A DNA stretch of 63,895 bases, filler included, from Phoronis australis (GCA_002633005.1; 8 parts of 8 records of this genome joined end to end with filler, not necessarily neighbours in it), one strand, 5' to 3'. Counted from the whole stretch's first letter, positions 1 through 12,399 are shown. Made by a program: numbers and translations. The notes: generated from the letters alone by a model not told the origin.

Positions 1-1061
1 GTGGAGGAAGGTAATACCTTTTGAACATACAACTTGGCAATGTAAGCATACCTTGGATATTCCCTCATAGCATAAAGCATTGTTTTGTCAGTAGTGACTT
101 TTTTAAATAAACCATCAAATGGATAACTTGTACTTTCTGCTTTGGTTCCAAAAATGAAGGATCATTTGAGGTATAGTGTGTGACATTGTTTAACCAGTTA
201 CTTAATTTTTTAAAATAAATAACTACTTCTGTGAAGGAGCACCGGGTGAAATTGTAGAATTGTGTATACATTTTAGAAGAGTATTTCATTTTGATTTCTG
301 GCTTGCCTCCAGTTTTGTTCAGCATTGTCTTAATATTGGTTAGTTTTAAAATCACTTCTTTAATTTTTATCAGAAAACTTCTTTTCAACAGGAGTTGTAG
401 CATGCCAGAAAGATTGCATCGAAGTGCCTGAGTTAGCTAACCGATCAATTGGAAGTGAGGAGAAGCCATCATGTGTCACGATTCAGAAACTGATGGTCAT
501 CTGTTCACATTATTTGTTGCCTCTTGGAATAGAAATCATAATGCTGTTGTACAACAATGAGACAATCATTGTCCCATACAGAAAATCAACAAGCAAAACC
601 AACGAGGCTGACCTGTCTACTAGCAAATGGGTTTTGTAGTCTTTAAAAGTCCACATTCCCTGAAGCTGAATTGTGTAAATGCAGCAGTTATGTTTACTTA
701 TATTAAAATGACTGCAGAGACCTGATATGGTTATACAGATTTTTATTAAAACAAGTTCTTAAATGTTGATGAAACTGTATGATAAAGTTCTGAAATCTAT
801 GTACAAAAGGCTATGGTAGTAAAACTGTTGACATCAATGTAAATAATTCAAAACTATGTCATTGCTACAGCATGGTGTCAGACAGGGGATCACTGTTTCC
901 TTGGTATTCACACTTTGGTGTAAGAAATCTCTTAGGGCTGTGCCAGTAAAATGTATGTTGTACTCATTACTTTAAAATTCCTAATATAGGGAGCAACACG
1001 TGTAAACAAACAGCCTCTAGGTAACACATCACGATCTGTTACTATGTGTCTTGTCATATAA

Positions 1062-1500
1062 CAAAAGCTGGAGCAGCCAATAGGGTGGTCAAATTGAAAC
1101 GAAAATTGACTGCTGTCAGTGCATCAATCACGGACATATATCTTTGTGCCAAATTTCATCCAGTTGTGCCTAGCAGTTTTTGTGACAATCAACCTGTCTT
1201 GTCAAAAAGTAAAATGGCCACCGGGGAGCAATGGTAGCCAAATTTGTCCAGAAATCGACTGGTGCAGATGCATTCTTATCATATACCTCTGCATCGAATT
1301 TGATTGTGATCTTTCAAGCAGTTTTTGAGAAACACCACACACAAAAAAATGGATTGTCAGAAAGTAAAACCGCCAGCATGGATTACAACATTAGCCAAAT
1401 CTGTTCTCAACATTTGACTGGTGCTGGTGCATCCCCGCCAAGTACCTCTATACCAAATTTCATCATGATCTGTCAACTGCTTCTTGAGATAATTGACAGG
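1062..1500. repeat. Decayed Helentron-type internal satellite (about 3 diverged ~150-bp monomers)
   Basis: Recurring CCAAATTT(C)AT / GACTGGTGC / GCAGTTTTTG motifs at roughly 150-bp spacing, resembling the monomers of the Helentron family at 26881 and 52397; boundaries approximate. Confidence 0.45.
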
Positions 1501-1925
1501 CAAAAAATGGCAGGCCCACGGAATATTGGAATTTGTCTATATGACTCAATTGTTATTAAGAAATTATTACGAATTTCTAAAATGTGTTAAAACCAGTTCA
1601 ATGTTGCAATAATTTTCATTCTAATTTGGTTGCACAACAGGTGTCTGCTATCAAGTTGTCCACCCATTAATATTTTTCATCTGCCTTCCCCCTAACATAC
1701 GGATTTTGCTGGAACAGCCCTTGCCGATTGCAATGACACAGCATGTCGATGTTACTTGTCTGTTTCTTTCTCCTATTCTACTGTAGATTCAACAACCTGC
1801 TAATAAAGAGTTAACAGCAACAAAGGCAGCCTCTATGAAAATGCCAAACAGCCGATAAAACCTAGCTCTACATACATGTAACACCCATGATGAGTATATA
1901 ATGAATAGTAAGGCTTTTCACTTAC

Positions 1926-2161
1926 ACAAGAGCAATGCATAGTGTTGAAATGCACCTATAATTGCACCGCAACCGTACATATGCTTCTAGGGGTGTTCAT
2001 CGGTATCACGAAGTGGCCATAAGATGGTTCATAATGGGTTATACCTCGCAAAAAATAGGAAGGTGGTGTCGTCTCTCTCATAGACTAGGTTTAGGAAATC
2101 CAGAAGCCCAGACAGATGATGGCAATATGCACACACATATGAATATGCAGACGCAGAAAAA
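1926..2161 (-). mobile_element. Short, internally deleted non-autonomous Helentron (HINE), family 1
   Basis: Starts ACAAGAGCAATGCATAGTGTTGAAATGCACC and ends GAAGCCCAGACAGATGATGGCAATATGCACACACATATGAATATGCAGACGCA. These are diverged versions of both ends of the copies at 26881-28170 and 52397-54350, without the tandem array. Confidence 0.7.
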
Positions 2162-3239
2162 TGAAATATGAACCACAAATGGCGAAATTGTAAAGGTCCA
2201 CCATATAATAATGCTTCACTCATGGGTGCTATGCAAATGCGTAAATCACAATGAAGGTCCACACTTTCAGAAATAACGCATGCTTGGGAACTGTTCCAAT
2301 GGAACTCTTGAACAGCATCCTGACCAATAAACAAAATAATTTCAGCAAAATCTAACAATAAATACTTTGTCTATTGCAACATTGCCATTAATTTCAGCAA
2401 TATACTTGTACCATGCTTTAGGAATAAAAGTGGTGCTGTCTGAGAGTAATATGTCACGTATTAAAATCATGGTATGAACAATGCAACTATGTTTCTGCAT
2501 CACAAGATAACATTATGTTTTATGGTCATTTATTTGTCTTTCATGATGATAAGTGTCACATTGTTATTTAAAAGGCAATGTTTTCATTTGCAATCACCAT
2601 TTATGTTAATGAAATTCACTTGAGGGTACGAACATTTCATTTTTTTAGCCTTTGGCCCTTTACCAACATACTTCAATAGAATTACCAAACTTTTGGTTTG
2701 CTTGAATATTGAACAATATGCTGTGTTGTCTAGGCTAATATATTCTGCTGTTTTGTTTTAACTTTACTTTTTACCATCCATTGCTGTAGGTGAGACTAAA
2801 AACACAGAAATAACAAATTTTGCAACCTCATCCAGTTCTAGAAAAAAACCTTACAACTTCTGAATGATGAAGTACAACATCATCTAAGAGACTCTGAGAG
2901 TGATTTGAGTTATTCCTAATCAAATCAAATCAAATCAAAACAATTGTTTATTTTATGAAATAAATTTGTCAACTTTTGACAATTAAAAATTTGAATTTTT
3001 AAAATTGCCACTCATAACAATAAAATGTGTGAAATAGAGAAAAAAATGCATATATTTATCTAACATGGTTAGATTTTGATAAATGTTTCTTATTTTGCAC
3101 AACTAAATTGCATTTGTTAAGTGACCAGAAAGCTTAATTTTAGCCCCTAACACAATTGACTTTCAAAGGTGGACCTTCAGTGTGATTTACCTGAAAGTAG
3201 AAGAAACATCATGTCAAAAATTATGTGAAATTTGTAAAA

Positions 3240-3417
3240 CTACAGTTCATCATCAGATAGCTCTGGATCTGCATATCCTTCATAGACACCATCTGGTGCC
3301 GGGAACTTTTTCCTGATTGCGAGAACACAGCATGCTGGTATGACTTTTCTGGTTTTTCGTCCTAGTCTCCCCTAGATCCACCACGTAAAGCTCCTGTACG
3401 CTGCATACCTATACTGT
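3240..3417 (-). pseudogene. Exon 2 of P2X7 ballast-domain-like (KolX/Nanor-like) gene, with premature stop
   Basis: Acceptor ttgttacag|A at 3417; translates (R)[57 protein letters not shown], matching the ballast signature R.xAYR...W....G......P.CC...IR..FP...G.Y.G[FY]. In-frame TAG at 3372-3374; terminal TAG at 3240-3242. Confidence 0.85.
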
Positions 3418-4306
3418 CTGTAACAAATAATGAAAATAAATTGTTGAAGCTAACAACAGCAGCTATATTTAAACAAAAAATAAGAGTGTCGATCTCCAAA
3501 CTAAACTGCGCCAGCTGTGAGTAGAGGTTTTATTGTAATGAAAAAGAACGGGGAAGTGGCTTCCTCATTGCAAAGAGCCCTCCAACTAATGTCATCCCTC
3601 TCCCAACTTTGTAGACCTACTTCTATCCTAGGCAATTCCATCGTTATGAATGTTGCAGGCATGCTAGTGAGATGCGATATTACAGCCCCATAGTTACTCA
3701 TAAGAAAATGCAGTGAATAAATTCGAATGAAATATGCGTACATGCACCGGGTTTTATTGACTGATACCATGACTCTGTAAATTATTTAGTCAACATAACT
3801 TGAACATATCCATGAAAATCTGTCCATGAAAACCTGTCGCAGTTCGCTCGAGTTTCTCTCACCGGGTGCCATTTTGAGGAAGTTACGTGAAATCACGCCT
3901 GTTGACGAATAAAAATCCAAGCAACACAAATCTTACAAATTCGATCCATTATCTGTCATGCTATTTTACAAGTGTCACGCGTCAGTCTCGCGCTAGCCTT
4001 TGCCTAACTCACGTGACTCAGCTGAAATACGTTGTGGTTATGGCGCGCGCGGTAAAAAATTTAACGGCGACCAATAAAGTGGAGTTGGAATTCTTCGCCA
4101 AAGTCGTACTAATTCCCACAGACATGCTTCATCGAAAATTTGCAGGGAATCAGAAAGGATAGTCTAATAAAGTAACATCCTTTTAAGTGATAATTTTAAG
4201 GGTAAAATATATTTTTGACGATGTGAAAACCTCTTAGTCGGTGAGCGGATTATAACTAACCGCTGCAAAAAGGAAAGGTCACCTGCTGCAGACATGATCA
4301 ACTAAC

Positions 4307-4647
4307 CTGTTTGTGATTGTTCCTCTGAGTTGTTCTCCAATCAATTCTCTCAAAGAAACCAACATGACCTCCAAAACAACAGGCTCAAGGCACACTTTCT
4401 TGAAGTCTTCCGTATCAGAAAGGCAATTTTGAGTTGAAGATTTCTTCACGTTGAACTCACTTTTTTCAAGGCAGCAAACGCATTCGAGAACTTCTGAGGG
4501 CATGAGTCCGCATTGCCCACAGTCACACCAGTGTAAATTACAGACGCGAGATGGTTGTACAAAATTGTTTTCTTCTGACGATGACGACGACTGGGTGTTA
4601 CGTTGTGTTGCTTCAGGCTCAAACAGATATCCCTGGCGACCCGACAT
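4307..4647 (-). pseudogene. Exon 1 of P2X7 ballast-domain-like (KolX/Nanor-like) gene
   Basis: MSGRQGYLFEP...WCDCGQCGLMPSEVLECVCCLE...CLSDTEDFKKVCLEPVVL, with the YxFEP start and WCxCGxC...ExxCC zinc cluster; donor AG|GTTAGT at 4307 is phase 2 and compatible with exon 2 (about 172 aa spliced). Confidence 0.85.
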
Positions 4648-4982
4648 TTCACAATAAAATTTCTTATTCCGACAACGAAGAACACCACACTAAAATATGG
4701 CGCTGACTAACTTTGACCCCGCCAAATACGTAGCTAGCAGCAGCGCTCAAAGCGGATGATTACAGAACTCTTTCAACCAATTTTTTAAGTTAAATTTAAA
4801 AAATGTACGTTTACTTTTTGATGTTGAATTATTCGTGGAATTAATCAACAACTCATAGAAAACTAGCCAAAATTTATTAATAATAAAATACAGTTCCCTT
4901 TTAAGGCCAACTCTAACATTGTGAAATCAATTAGAAAATGGTATAAGTACACGTTGCATGTGGTTTGAGTTGGTAACAAACC

Positions 4983-5089
4983 TAGAATTCTATCACGGTA
5001 AGGAATATTATGAGACACATTTTATGACAGTAAAAGATCTAATTTGATTTTCATTTTAAGCTAGCTAAACAGGGCAAAATGCGGCTTTT
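4983..5089 (+). repeat. Old ~110-bp interspersed repeat, copy 1 of 3
   Basis: TATCACGGT...GAGAC...AGTA.AA...AATT...AAACA skeleton shared with 10109-10214 and 23491-23595. Confidence 0.65.
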
Positions 5090-5227
5090 GTCAGCTGGCT
5101 TGGACTAGATGGAAATATGAGTGGAGTTACTATGGTAAATATAAGGACTAGAAATGTCATCTCATCTGTGTTTTACCTCTTTCAAAACTGGTTCGTAGAT
5201 GGACACCACTTGACCCATGTATGTTCT

Positions 5228-5292
5228 CTGAGTGACCCTGACTACACTGAGTGACCCTGACTACACTGAGTGACCCTGACTACACTGAGTGA
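5228..5292 (+). repeat. 19-bp minisatellite (CTGAGTGACCCTGACTACA) x3.4
   Basis: Perfect tandem units read directly. Confidence 0.95.
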
Positions 5293-5610
5293 AAACCACA
5301 GTGCACTGTTACAGCTTTTGAATAAGAAATTGACATGTGAAGAACAGAATTTGTGATATCTGGACCTCGGAGTTGACAGAGCTGAAGAGATTTTAAGAAA
5401 TTGAGTCTCCAAAAGCTTTATTTACAACGAGGAGATATTTACAAGTAAAAAGCACAGTGTCAACATTTAGGCAATTATTTCACATGACTGTATTCAAAAG
5501 GTGTTTTGATCAAAGTTTTCAATCACCTCAGTGGTGATCAATCCTTTTCGCATTTGACGACCAGGCAAAGCATTAGTGCAATTTGTTCAGTTAGCCACAA
5601 GGGACAGTAT

Positions 5611-5995
5611 TAGACAGACCCACCGTCTCTACTTAGCAGTACAGACAGTGGTTCTCCCATAAGGACTTCACATGCCAGAAGCTTTTCAGCGAAATTATGC
5701 CACATACCTCCTGGTGTGAGCAGTGTGAAAATGACCGGTTGCCAATTTGGGCAACTGAAAGAATGACTGCTTGAAGAAAAAGTTTGATTACATGAGTATT
5801 TGTTCGAGTTAGAAGAAATTAAAGACATTGACAGCTTCCTAAAGTGTCCCTCTATGTCCAAAAGGTACTTATAGCAATGTGCCTTTGATGGTTTAATCAG
5901 TGTGAGGCATAATTCGCCGCAAAGCTTACAGCGTATGAAGGCCCTACGGGACCATCACCGTCTTTACTGCTAAGTGGAGATGGTGGCACTGTCTA
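5611..5995. mobile_element. 385-bp MITE with ~95-bp imperfect TIRs and 9-bp TSD (AcademH-like or Mutator-like)
   Basis: Termini TAGACAG...CTGTCTA; perfect direct repeat GGACAGTAT at 5602-5610 and 5996-6004; arms about 5611-5705 and 5900-5995 are diverged reverse complements. Confidence 0.8.
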
Positions 5996-6155
5996 GGACA
6001 GTATTTGAATCCACTTTCCCATAGTAAGAGGTTAAAGTCATAGCCCAACAGGTCCTGAGGCTGAGACAGGCAGGACACTAGGCAATGACCATCGCCTCTG
6101 TTGGCCCGAAGCAGAGGCGATGTAGAGGCTATAGGCGCTCTGTACGCCGGAAGCN

Positions 6156-6491
6156 TTGTTTTCTTCTGACGATGACGACGACTGGGTGTTACGTTGTGTT
6201 GCTTCAGGCTCAAACAGATATCCCTGGCGACACGACATTTCACAATAAAATTTCTTATTCCGACAACGAAGAACACCACACTAAAATATGGCGCTGACTA
6301 ACTTTGACCCCGTCAAATACGTAGCTAGCAGCAGCGCTCAAAGCGGATGATTACAGAACTCTTTCAACCAATTTTTTAAGTTAAATTTAAAAAATGTACG
6401 TTTACTTTTTGATGTCGAATTATTCGTGGAATTAATCAACAACTCATAGAAAACCAGCCAAAATTTATTAATAATAAAATACAGTTCCCTT
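6156..6491 (-). mobile_element. Second copy of the Kolobok-like terminus with the KolX-like gene start
   Basis: Near-identical to 4565-4900, begins right after a single N (6155), ends at TTAA 6492-6495; flanks diverge from copy 1 two bases beyond the TTAA. Confidence 0.7.
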
Positions 6492-7349
6492 TTAAGGTTC
6501 AGTTTGGTCATCGTGTCGATGCTCTGGCAGTAAAAAACATCGCCGCAGTGCCACCCTACCGATTCAGTACATGTCACCCGTTACGCGATTCGTCAAAAAA
6601 ATCACAGTGTGTGGTCGTGCACAAAGAATTTGTGGACTAGTCCGAAACGAAGAAAAGGGGAGAAAGGTGGAAGACCGGTCCATGTGCTCATAGCAAATGA
6701 AATACCATATTTCTTGGAACTGTTTTCTTATTGTAATGTACAATGTCATTTTAGCCAAAATTATTTTTATGACATTCATCCTAATAAGCGCCCATGCCCC
6801 CATAAGCGTCCCCACTCGTTTTCAGACTTCGCTAAAATAAGCGCCCAATCCATGAATGTGTAAATATTTGTGCGAAAATTGTCTTACCTCACAATTCTAA
6901 AACTCTACAGTAATTTATCAATAATATCCGACAGTCCTGAAAAATCAATGTGCGCGGAATTTCTAGTAGACCACGAACCTCGCCGCTATGTCGGTATTTA
7001 GCCGTAGCCATACACTTCAAACTGTTCCGCAGTGCTTCAAAAAGAACCCAAAAGATTTGCTGATCTTGCGAGGAAAGTGTCACACTATATGGTCTGGCCC
7101 TTCAAAACAGACGCAGCGTACTGGTCAACGGGATTGGTATTGTATCTTTCCCGTACAGATCTTCTCTCACAACAGACTCCAGATTGCTTTGTACACGTAA
7201 AATTATACAAACTGCGAATCAAAACTTGGCCAAGAAGTGCGCGCTAGGGCTTAAATATAATATGTCGGCCTGTTCAATGAGATAAATATCAATAACTACA
7301 TATACAGCTCATTGGGCCTGCTACGCTGGCAAATGAACGCTGATGACAC

Positions 7350-8297
7350 CATAGGCGGATTTGGGGGGGGGGGGGGNTTAATTAACCCCGGTAATTAAAA
7401 TTATACGGATGAAAAAAGATTTAAATGTGTGCAGGTTTAGTGTTGCGGGGGGAGGGCTCAAAACAAATTTCAAGTGTCAAATTCTGAACATGGCGCATTC
7501 GTAACGGAACTATGGCTAAGTATAGGCTCTCCCGCGATATCCCAGGCAACCGGCAGTGGCGCTGCACACTACGACTCCTTTTCCGTCGTCTGCTCCACTG
7601 TGCAATGAAGAAAATTTACTTCATTTTTTAAAGAAAATGGAACCTGAGTGACGATGAAAAAACAGAAGCTGCTGGTAAGATGTGAATTCTAATCGAAGCC
7701 TTAGTGAATCACTCTTAAACTCGCAATAACTCTCTTTTTCAAACCTTATCTTAGGACAATGTCCAAAGCAATCCCGTCATTATTGCCAACACGAAAAACG
7801 GATTTGGTCTTTTGGGCATTTGAAGACTATAATTTTAAATACAAAAAATTTGTTAAGAATTGATGGCACAAAATATAAAACGTGTAATAAGCATTACAAA
7901 AAGAAGTAGGTTTCACGCGCAAACGCTGTGGACCATAAACAAGTAGGTCTCTTAGGAGGTGATCAGTAGTTAATTCGTGGTGGTGTAGTGGTAATGCACG
8001 CGCCCTCAAACCGCCAGGTCGCGAGTTCGAATCCTTGGAACTTGCGGGTTTTTCCTGTTTGACACCTTCTCCGTTTTTTTTTTTGCCTTTTTTTCTTGGA
8101 TAATACTTCAGGAATCAAGGAAAATGCTCGATTTTTAGAGGTAAAAACAGAAAAATTTCCTGGGCGGGGCAAACCCCCCTCCCAACCTCCCCCCATTCGG
8201 TGCTATGCGCATCTACAATTGTGGTTCACTTTGCGCAAATGCTTGCAGCCGGACAAAATGTTGCCCCCCCCCTTGTGAAATCATAGATCCGCCACTG
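7350..8297 (+). mobile_element. hAT-like MITE family, copy 1 (~950 bp)
   Basis: Termini CATAGGCGGAT...ATCCGCCACTG; 5-bp TSD GACAC on both sides; colinear with copies at 19862, 20969, 21661 and 34516; single-N junction at 7377. Confidence 0.88.
7974..8046 (+). promoter_or_regulatory. tRNA-derived A-box/B-box cassette (pseudo-tRNA) inside the hAT-like MITE
   Basis: A box TGGTGTAGTGG (7981-7991), D-arm-like GTGT-AGTGGTAAT-GCAC, B box GAGTTCGAATCC (8023-8034), T-run immediately downstream; acceptor and anticodon stems do not pair well. Confidence 0.65.
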
Positions 8298-10108
8298 GAC
8301 ACGCACGCGCTCGCTCACTCGGTGCACACCTGTTGACTCACATCAATACAAACGTCAAGTGACAACATATGTGTTCGTCCAGATTTTTCTCGTTGCGGGT
8401 GCGAACTATCGACGATCGCGATGCAGCGACACATCAGTCGGCAAGTTTTCGCCCTGAGACTCAGCACATTTTTTTTAAAAAGATCGTACTAAATTTAACA
8501 ACAGAGTTTGATAGCAATGCACCACAATTATGTAGAAAGTTTGTCATAGGTTACACATACGTCACAGCGCATAAATCTGATGAATTTTAGCTTCCGATTT
8601 CACCCGTTTCGGAGACCGGGTTTTAACCGCCGTAGGCTACAAAAAGCGTCCCCCTGGGCGCTTAAGAGGGCGAATACGGTAGCCCTAATAGATGGTGACT
8701 TCAGTGCACGAAACGATGATTTTTATTTAAACTAGCAGCAAGTTTGTGGTGACTGATGCCAATGGCAGGGTGACTGAACTTCGGGCTGGGCGAGTAGATT
8801 TTCTGGCTCCGGCACTCGCCCAGCTGGGGAGCAGGGTTTGTCAAAACTAAAAGCCTGGGTATATCCCGGACTTCCACACTTTTCCAAAAGAGGGAAAACT
8901 AAGAAGGAATGGCTGAGGAGGGCAAAAGTCTAGTTGCCGTGCGTATTGGTATGTTTTTTTGGAGATCGACTGAACATCAGACAACTTGATTTTTGGTAAC
9001 GTTGATAAGTCTTTTGACCACACCACCTTGCAGGACAATGCCATGTTTGTCAACGTGCCTCGATTTCGATCAAAACGATAGCAGCGCCCCGCGTTCGTGA
9101 AATAGGTGAATATAAAGGCTGATGAAAAGACAATAAATGTCTTGACATTTTTTTCATCAATTTGTACATTTGCCAACTTCCATGAAGATTTCGTACCTGG
9201 TGCCAGAAGTTGACCGTGGGTTTAGTTTAAATGGTAGCTATGCTTTGTGATTGTGCGCGGATGGAGAGAGAAAGATTAAGTCCAGTAATTTATCTATAAA
9301 TCACTAATTAATGCAAGCGAAACCCTATTTAATTACTTTAACAATGAAGAAGAGTAGCTATGCTAGCACCCTCTGTAAGGGTTACTTCAATCAATTAACT
9401 ATAAACTGTATCAAACGTTTTATCTGCTATCCAAGCTGTGGGACCACTGGATGACAGTCCTGTTGGCAAATCTGTGAACTAACACACACTGTACTCTCTC
9501 GTGATGCAACACTTGCAGGCAGTATCTTACTATCCACGATGCAAGTGACAAGTTCTTAGTAAAGTCCCTATCCGTTAACTCTCTCGCCCTTGCCAAAATC
9601 CTCTTTAGAATCTTCCATGAGATGGCTCTGTTGTACAATTTCTTCTATACACTGTAGTAACTCCTAAAGCTTTAACTACTAAATCCAATCTCTACCAATT
9701 ACTAATCAATATTTATTCTGACACCTGGTTTGTCCCATAGGTAGGCGAATGGCAAAGAATAGACATGAAAATTATGAAATGGCCACTAGTGGGTACAGAA
9801 AAGTCTGAAAATGAGCAGGTGACGTTGTCTCTGTATGGAAACTTATTTCAAAACTTTCCAGAACATCTATCTGAATAAACTTGGCAGGCATAGAAGAAAA
9901 CACAGACAAAACTGTAACTCCCATTGGGGAATGCATACTTGGTTGGACATATCCCCGAGGTCAGTCAGCTGTGCCCTCTTCAGTACAAACACATGAAAGA
10001 ACGTGACAGATAACTGAGCCCCAGGGCTTGTGTTGGCCAACCCCAATTAACTCAAAGGCATGTTGTCGTGTCGCTGATGGTTTCTTTGTTCTTGTTGGTT
10101 ATGGAAAT

Positions 10109-10214
10109 GGGATCTTATCACGGTAAGTGATATTATGAGACCGAATTTGTGAGAGTATAAGATCCAATTCAATTTCCAGTTCTTAACTAACCAAACATGG
10201 CAAAGCGCAGTTTT
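10109..10214 (+). repeat. Old ~110-bp interspersed repeat, copy 2
   Basis: TATCACGGTAAGTGATATTATGAGAC versus TATCACGGTAAGGAATATTATGAGAC in copy 1. Confidence 0.65.
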
Positions 10215-12299
10215 AGAAAGGAACTACAGGTAGGACAACACCCTAATGATGAAAAAAACCTTATCTCAATCTAGTTTGGCTAAGAGGAGCCATTTTGAAT
10301 CTTACCTCTGATCCAGAGTCAGTCACAAATCCTGGTCTTGAATCCATAAATGTTAGGAATTCCTCAACAAGAAGTGCGACTATTTTTCCAGAGGCAGGTT
10401 GAGTTCTAAAAAAGAAACAGATATCGTTTTTGAAATTTTTGAGATGATTCAAACACTTGGCAATAAATAACAACACAGCAAGAACTTGTTGAATACTTGT
10501 ACGTACACTGCTTTATTCAAAACCTTCACTTACATGTAATCAGTTGATGTGTCTTAAGTTGGTAAAATTATAATGCAAAAAATGAATCAAAAACCAAGCA
10601 AAAACAATGTCACATCTTAGACATTGAGTTGCACATGCCAGATAAACAATCCATTGAGATTTAGTCAGATTTAGTTATCCATTACTTTGGAGTTTATTTG
10701 CAATTTCACAAAAATTCTTACCTCAACATATTTTGTTAGTTCTTGAGGAACACTAAGCATATACACTGTGCTTAATGAATGTTGAAGGAACAGCTTTTTA
10801 ACAATTTGAGAAATGAGGTCAATTTTTATGGCAATGGTGTTGCAGTTCAGCAGTTTTTCTGAACTGAACATTAATCGTGTTCACTGACAAAGTGTACCTC
10901 ATACTGACGCAGAGGGTGAGGCATGTTCAAACAGGAGGACAGGTCGGAAATGATGAGGTTCACCTGTTGTTTGCCCTTGAAAGTCTTCCTCGATAGTATT
11001 GTTTTGAGTGCTGCATTGGACACAGTCAATAACAGAGATGACAGCAGTATACACCGCATGTATTAATCCACAACTCTGAGATATGTCTAAAAGTCTGTAC
11101 AAACCAGATAACCAGCATACTAGGCACTTGAATGTACTTGGGAATCCCCGACAACAAACCACATGCCAGGTAAACAACCCACCTGGATATCCCCGGTGAT
11201 GCCAGGTAGACAAATGGAATCACCAGCAGGAAGTCTATATCAGACAAGCTGTCCGAAGTCTTCATACTGGCATGATGGAATGAGAGAACAGCTTTCATGG
11301 CATAAAACGCCCCTAAAGACACCAAGCACGCTTTTAAAATGAAAATCAGTTTTCAATAACAGTACGTGGTTACAGGAGGTACATAAATTGTTGCAAAACA
11401 GTGGCTTATATTCGGAAGGAGCTTTGCATGAACATGGATCATGAGCAATATTAGTTAACCCTGCTTTTCATACATGTCGGTGGTGCATAAAAGGACCACA
11501 TGGTGTTGACCCCTCAACTCTATTTATCAGGGCTTCACTGTCAACTTGTGAAATGTGACCTCATGGCAAAATCCCAAGTTATCAAAGGGAATAAGGTTGC
11601 CAAAACAAGAAAACCATGTACGCTGGAGAGAGAAACTCCTGGGAGACAAAAAAGGTGCATACATGGCTGAAGCGGGAAATGAAAAATCGGAATACCTGAA
11701 TTGATTACAGAAGAACCGCAAAACTGTAAATTTTCAGTCAACTTTTTGTTCAGCCAAACAGATAATTCAAGGTACATTGTGAGCTTAGTAACAGTTAATT
11801 ACACTGTGGGATCCATACCCATGTAGACCCACCTCCTAAGTGAGGGAGAAGCAGGTAACCCTCACTGATACTTTTGTGCAACAGTCATTTTACTTTTTGA
11901 AAAACAATTCCAAAAAGATCTACTTGCTGTTAGTAGTGTTTTGAGCGCAAGCTCGGACATATGCTTAGCAACTGCGTCGTGACTTGGGATTTTTAAAAGG
12001 TCGTCAAACAGAATCTGAGGTCGCATTAGCCACGTGTAGGTTGCCAAACCTATCCCTGCTTGAAAAAAAACTATTCTGAGGGTAACAGAATACGCTGCTA
12101 GCACAATCTGCTCGACTTTGGTTGATATAAAATTATATTAACCTGATGATGAATGATAAGTGTGATATCAATATGAGCATCCCTCAAACCATCATTAACG
12201 GAAAACCCATTTTGATCATTTGTCATTACTCAGTTATAGGTAAGCATATAGATTACTATGATTGATGATAAACCTTGCATGACAAATTAAATCAACTGT

Positions 12300-12399
12300 N
12301 NNNNNNNNNNNNNNNNNNNNNNNNNNNNNNNNNNNNNNNNNNNTTAATTAATTAANNNNNNNNNNNNNNNNNNNNNNNNNNNNNNNNNNNNNNNNNNNN
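12300..12399. other. Artificial scaffold linker N44-TTAATTAATTAA-N44
   Basis: Exact 100-nt spacer with stops in six frames; recurs seven times. Confidence 0.97.

Larger units (their letters stand above)
2572..4900 (-). mobile_element. Kolobok-like DNA transposon remnant (no transposase seen)
   Basis: Right end reads TTAA|AAGGGAACTGTATTTT on the minus strand (TTAA 4901-4904), 253 bp upstream of the KolX-like ATG; the same end recurs at 6491. A degenerate left end TTAA|AAGGCAATGTTTT (TTAA 2568-2571) is tentative. Confidence 0.5.
6771..8679. mobile_element. Tc1/mariner (pogo/Tc2-type, CCGTA terminus) non-autonomous element interrupted by a hAT-like MITE
   Basis: Right end GGGCGCTTAAGAGGGCGAATACGG|TA; degenerate left end ATTCATCCTAATAAGCGCCC with repeated ATAAGCG(C/T)CC motifs at about 6775-6846. 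Confidence 0.45.

Noticed and set aside
1-640. Protein-like stretch on the minus strand (also 10870-12110, 31880-32610, 33815-34060, 63000-63895)
   Set aside because: Many stops and no motif I can recognise; needs BLASTx/HHpred.
7974-8046. Functional tRNA gene
   Set aside because: Acceptor and anticodon stems do not form and the anticodon region varies between copies; kept only as a tRNA-derived cassette.
8930-9044. MALSCKVVWSKDLSTLPKIKLSDV (minus strand), reminiscent of the N-terminus of transposon-associated SWIM/YqaJ exonuclease proteins
   Set aside because: Too short, and no downstream domain was found to support it.
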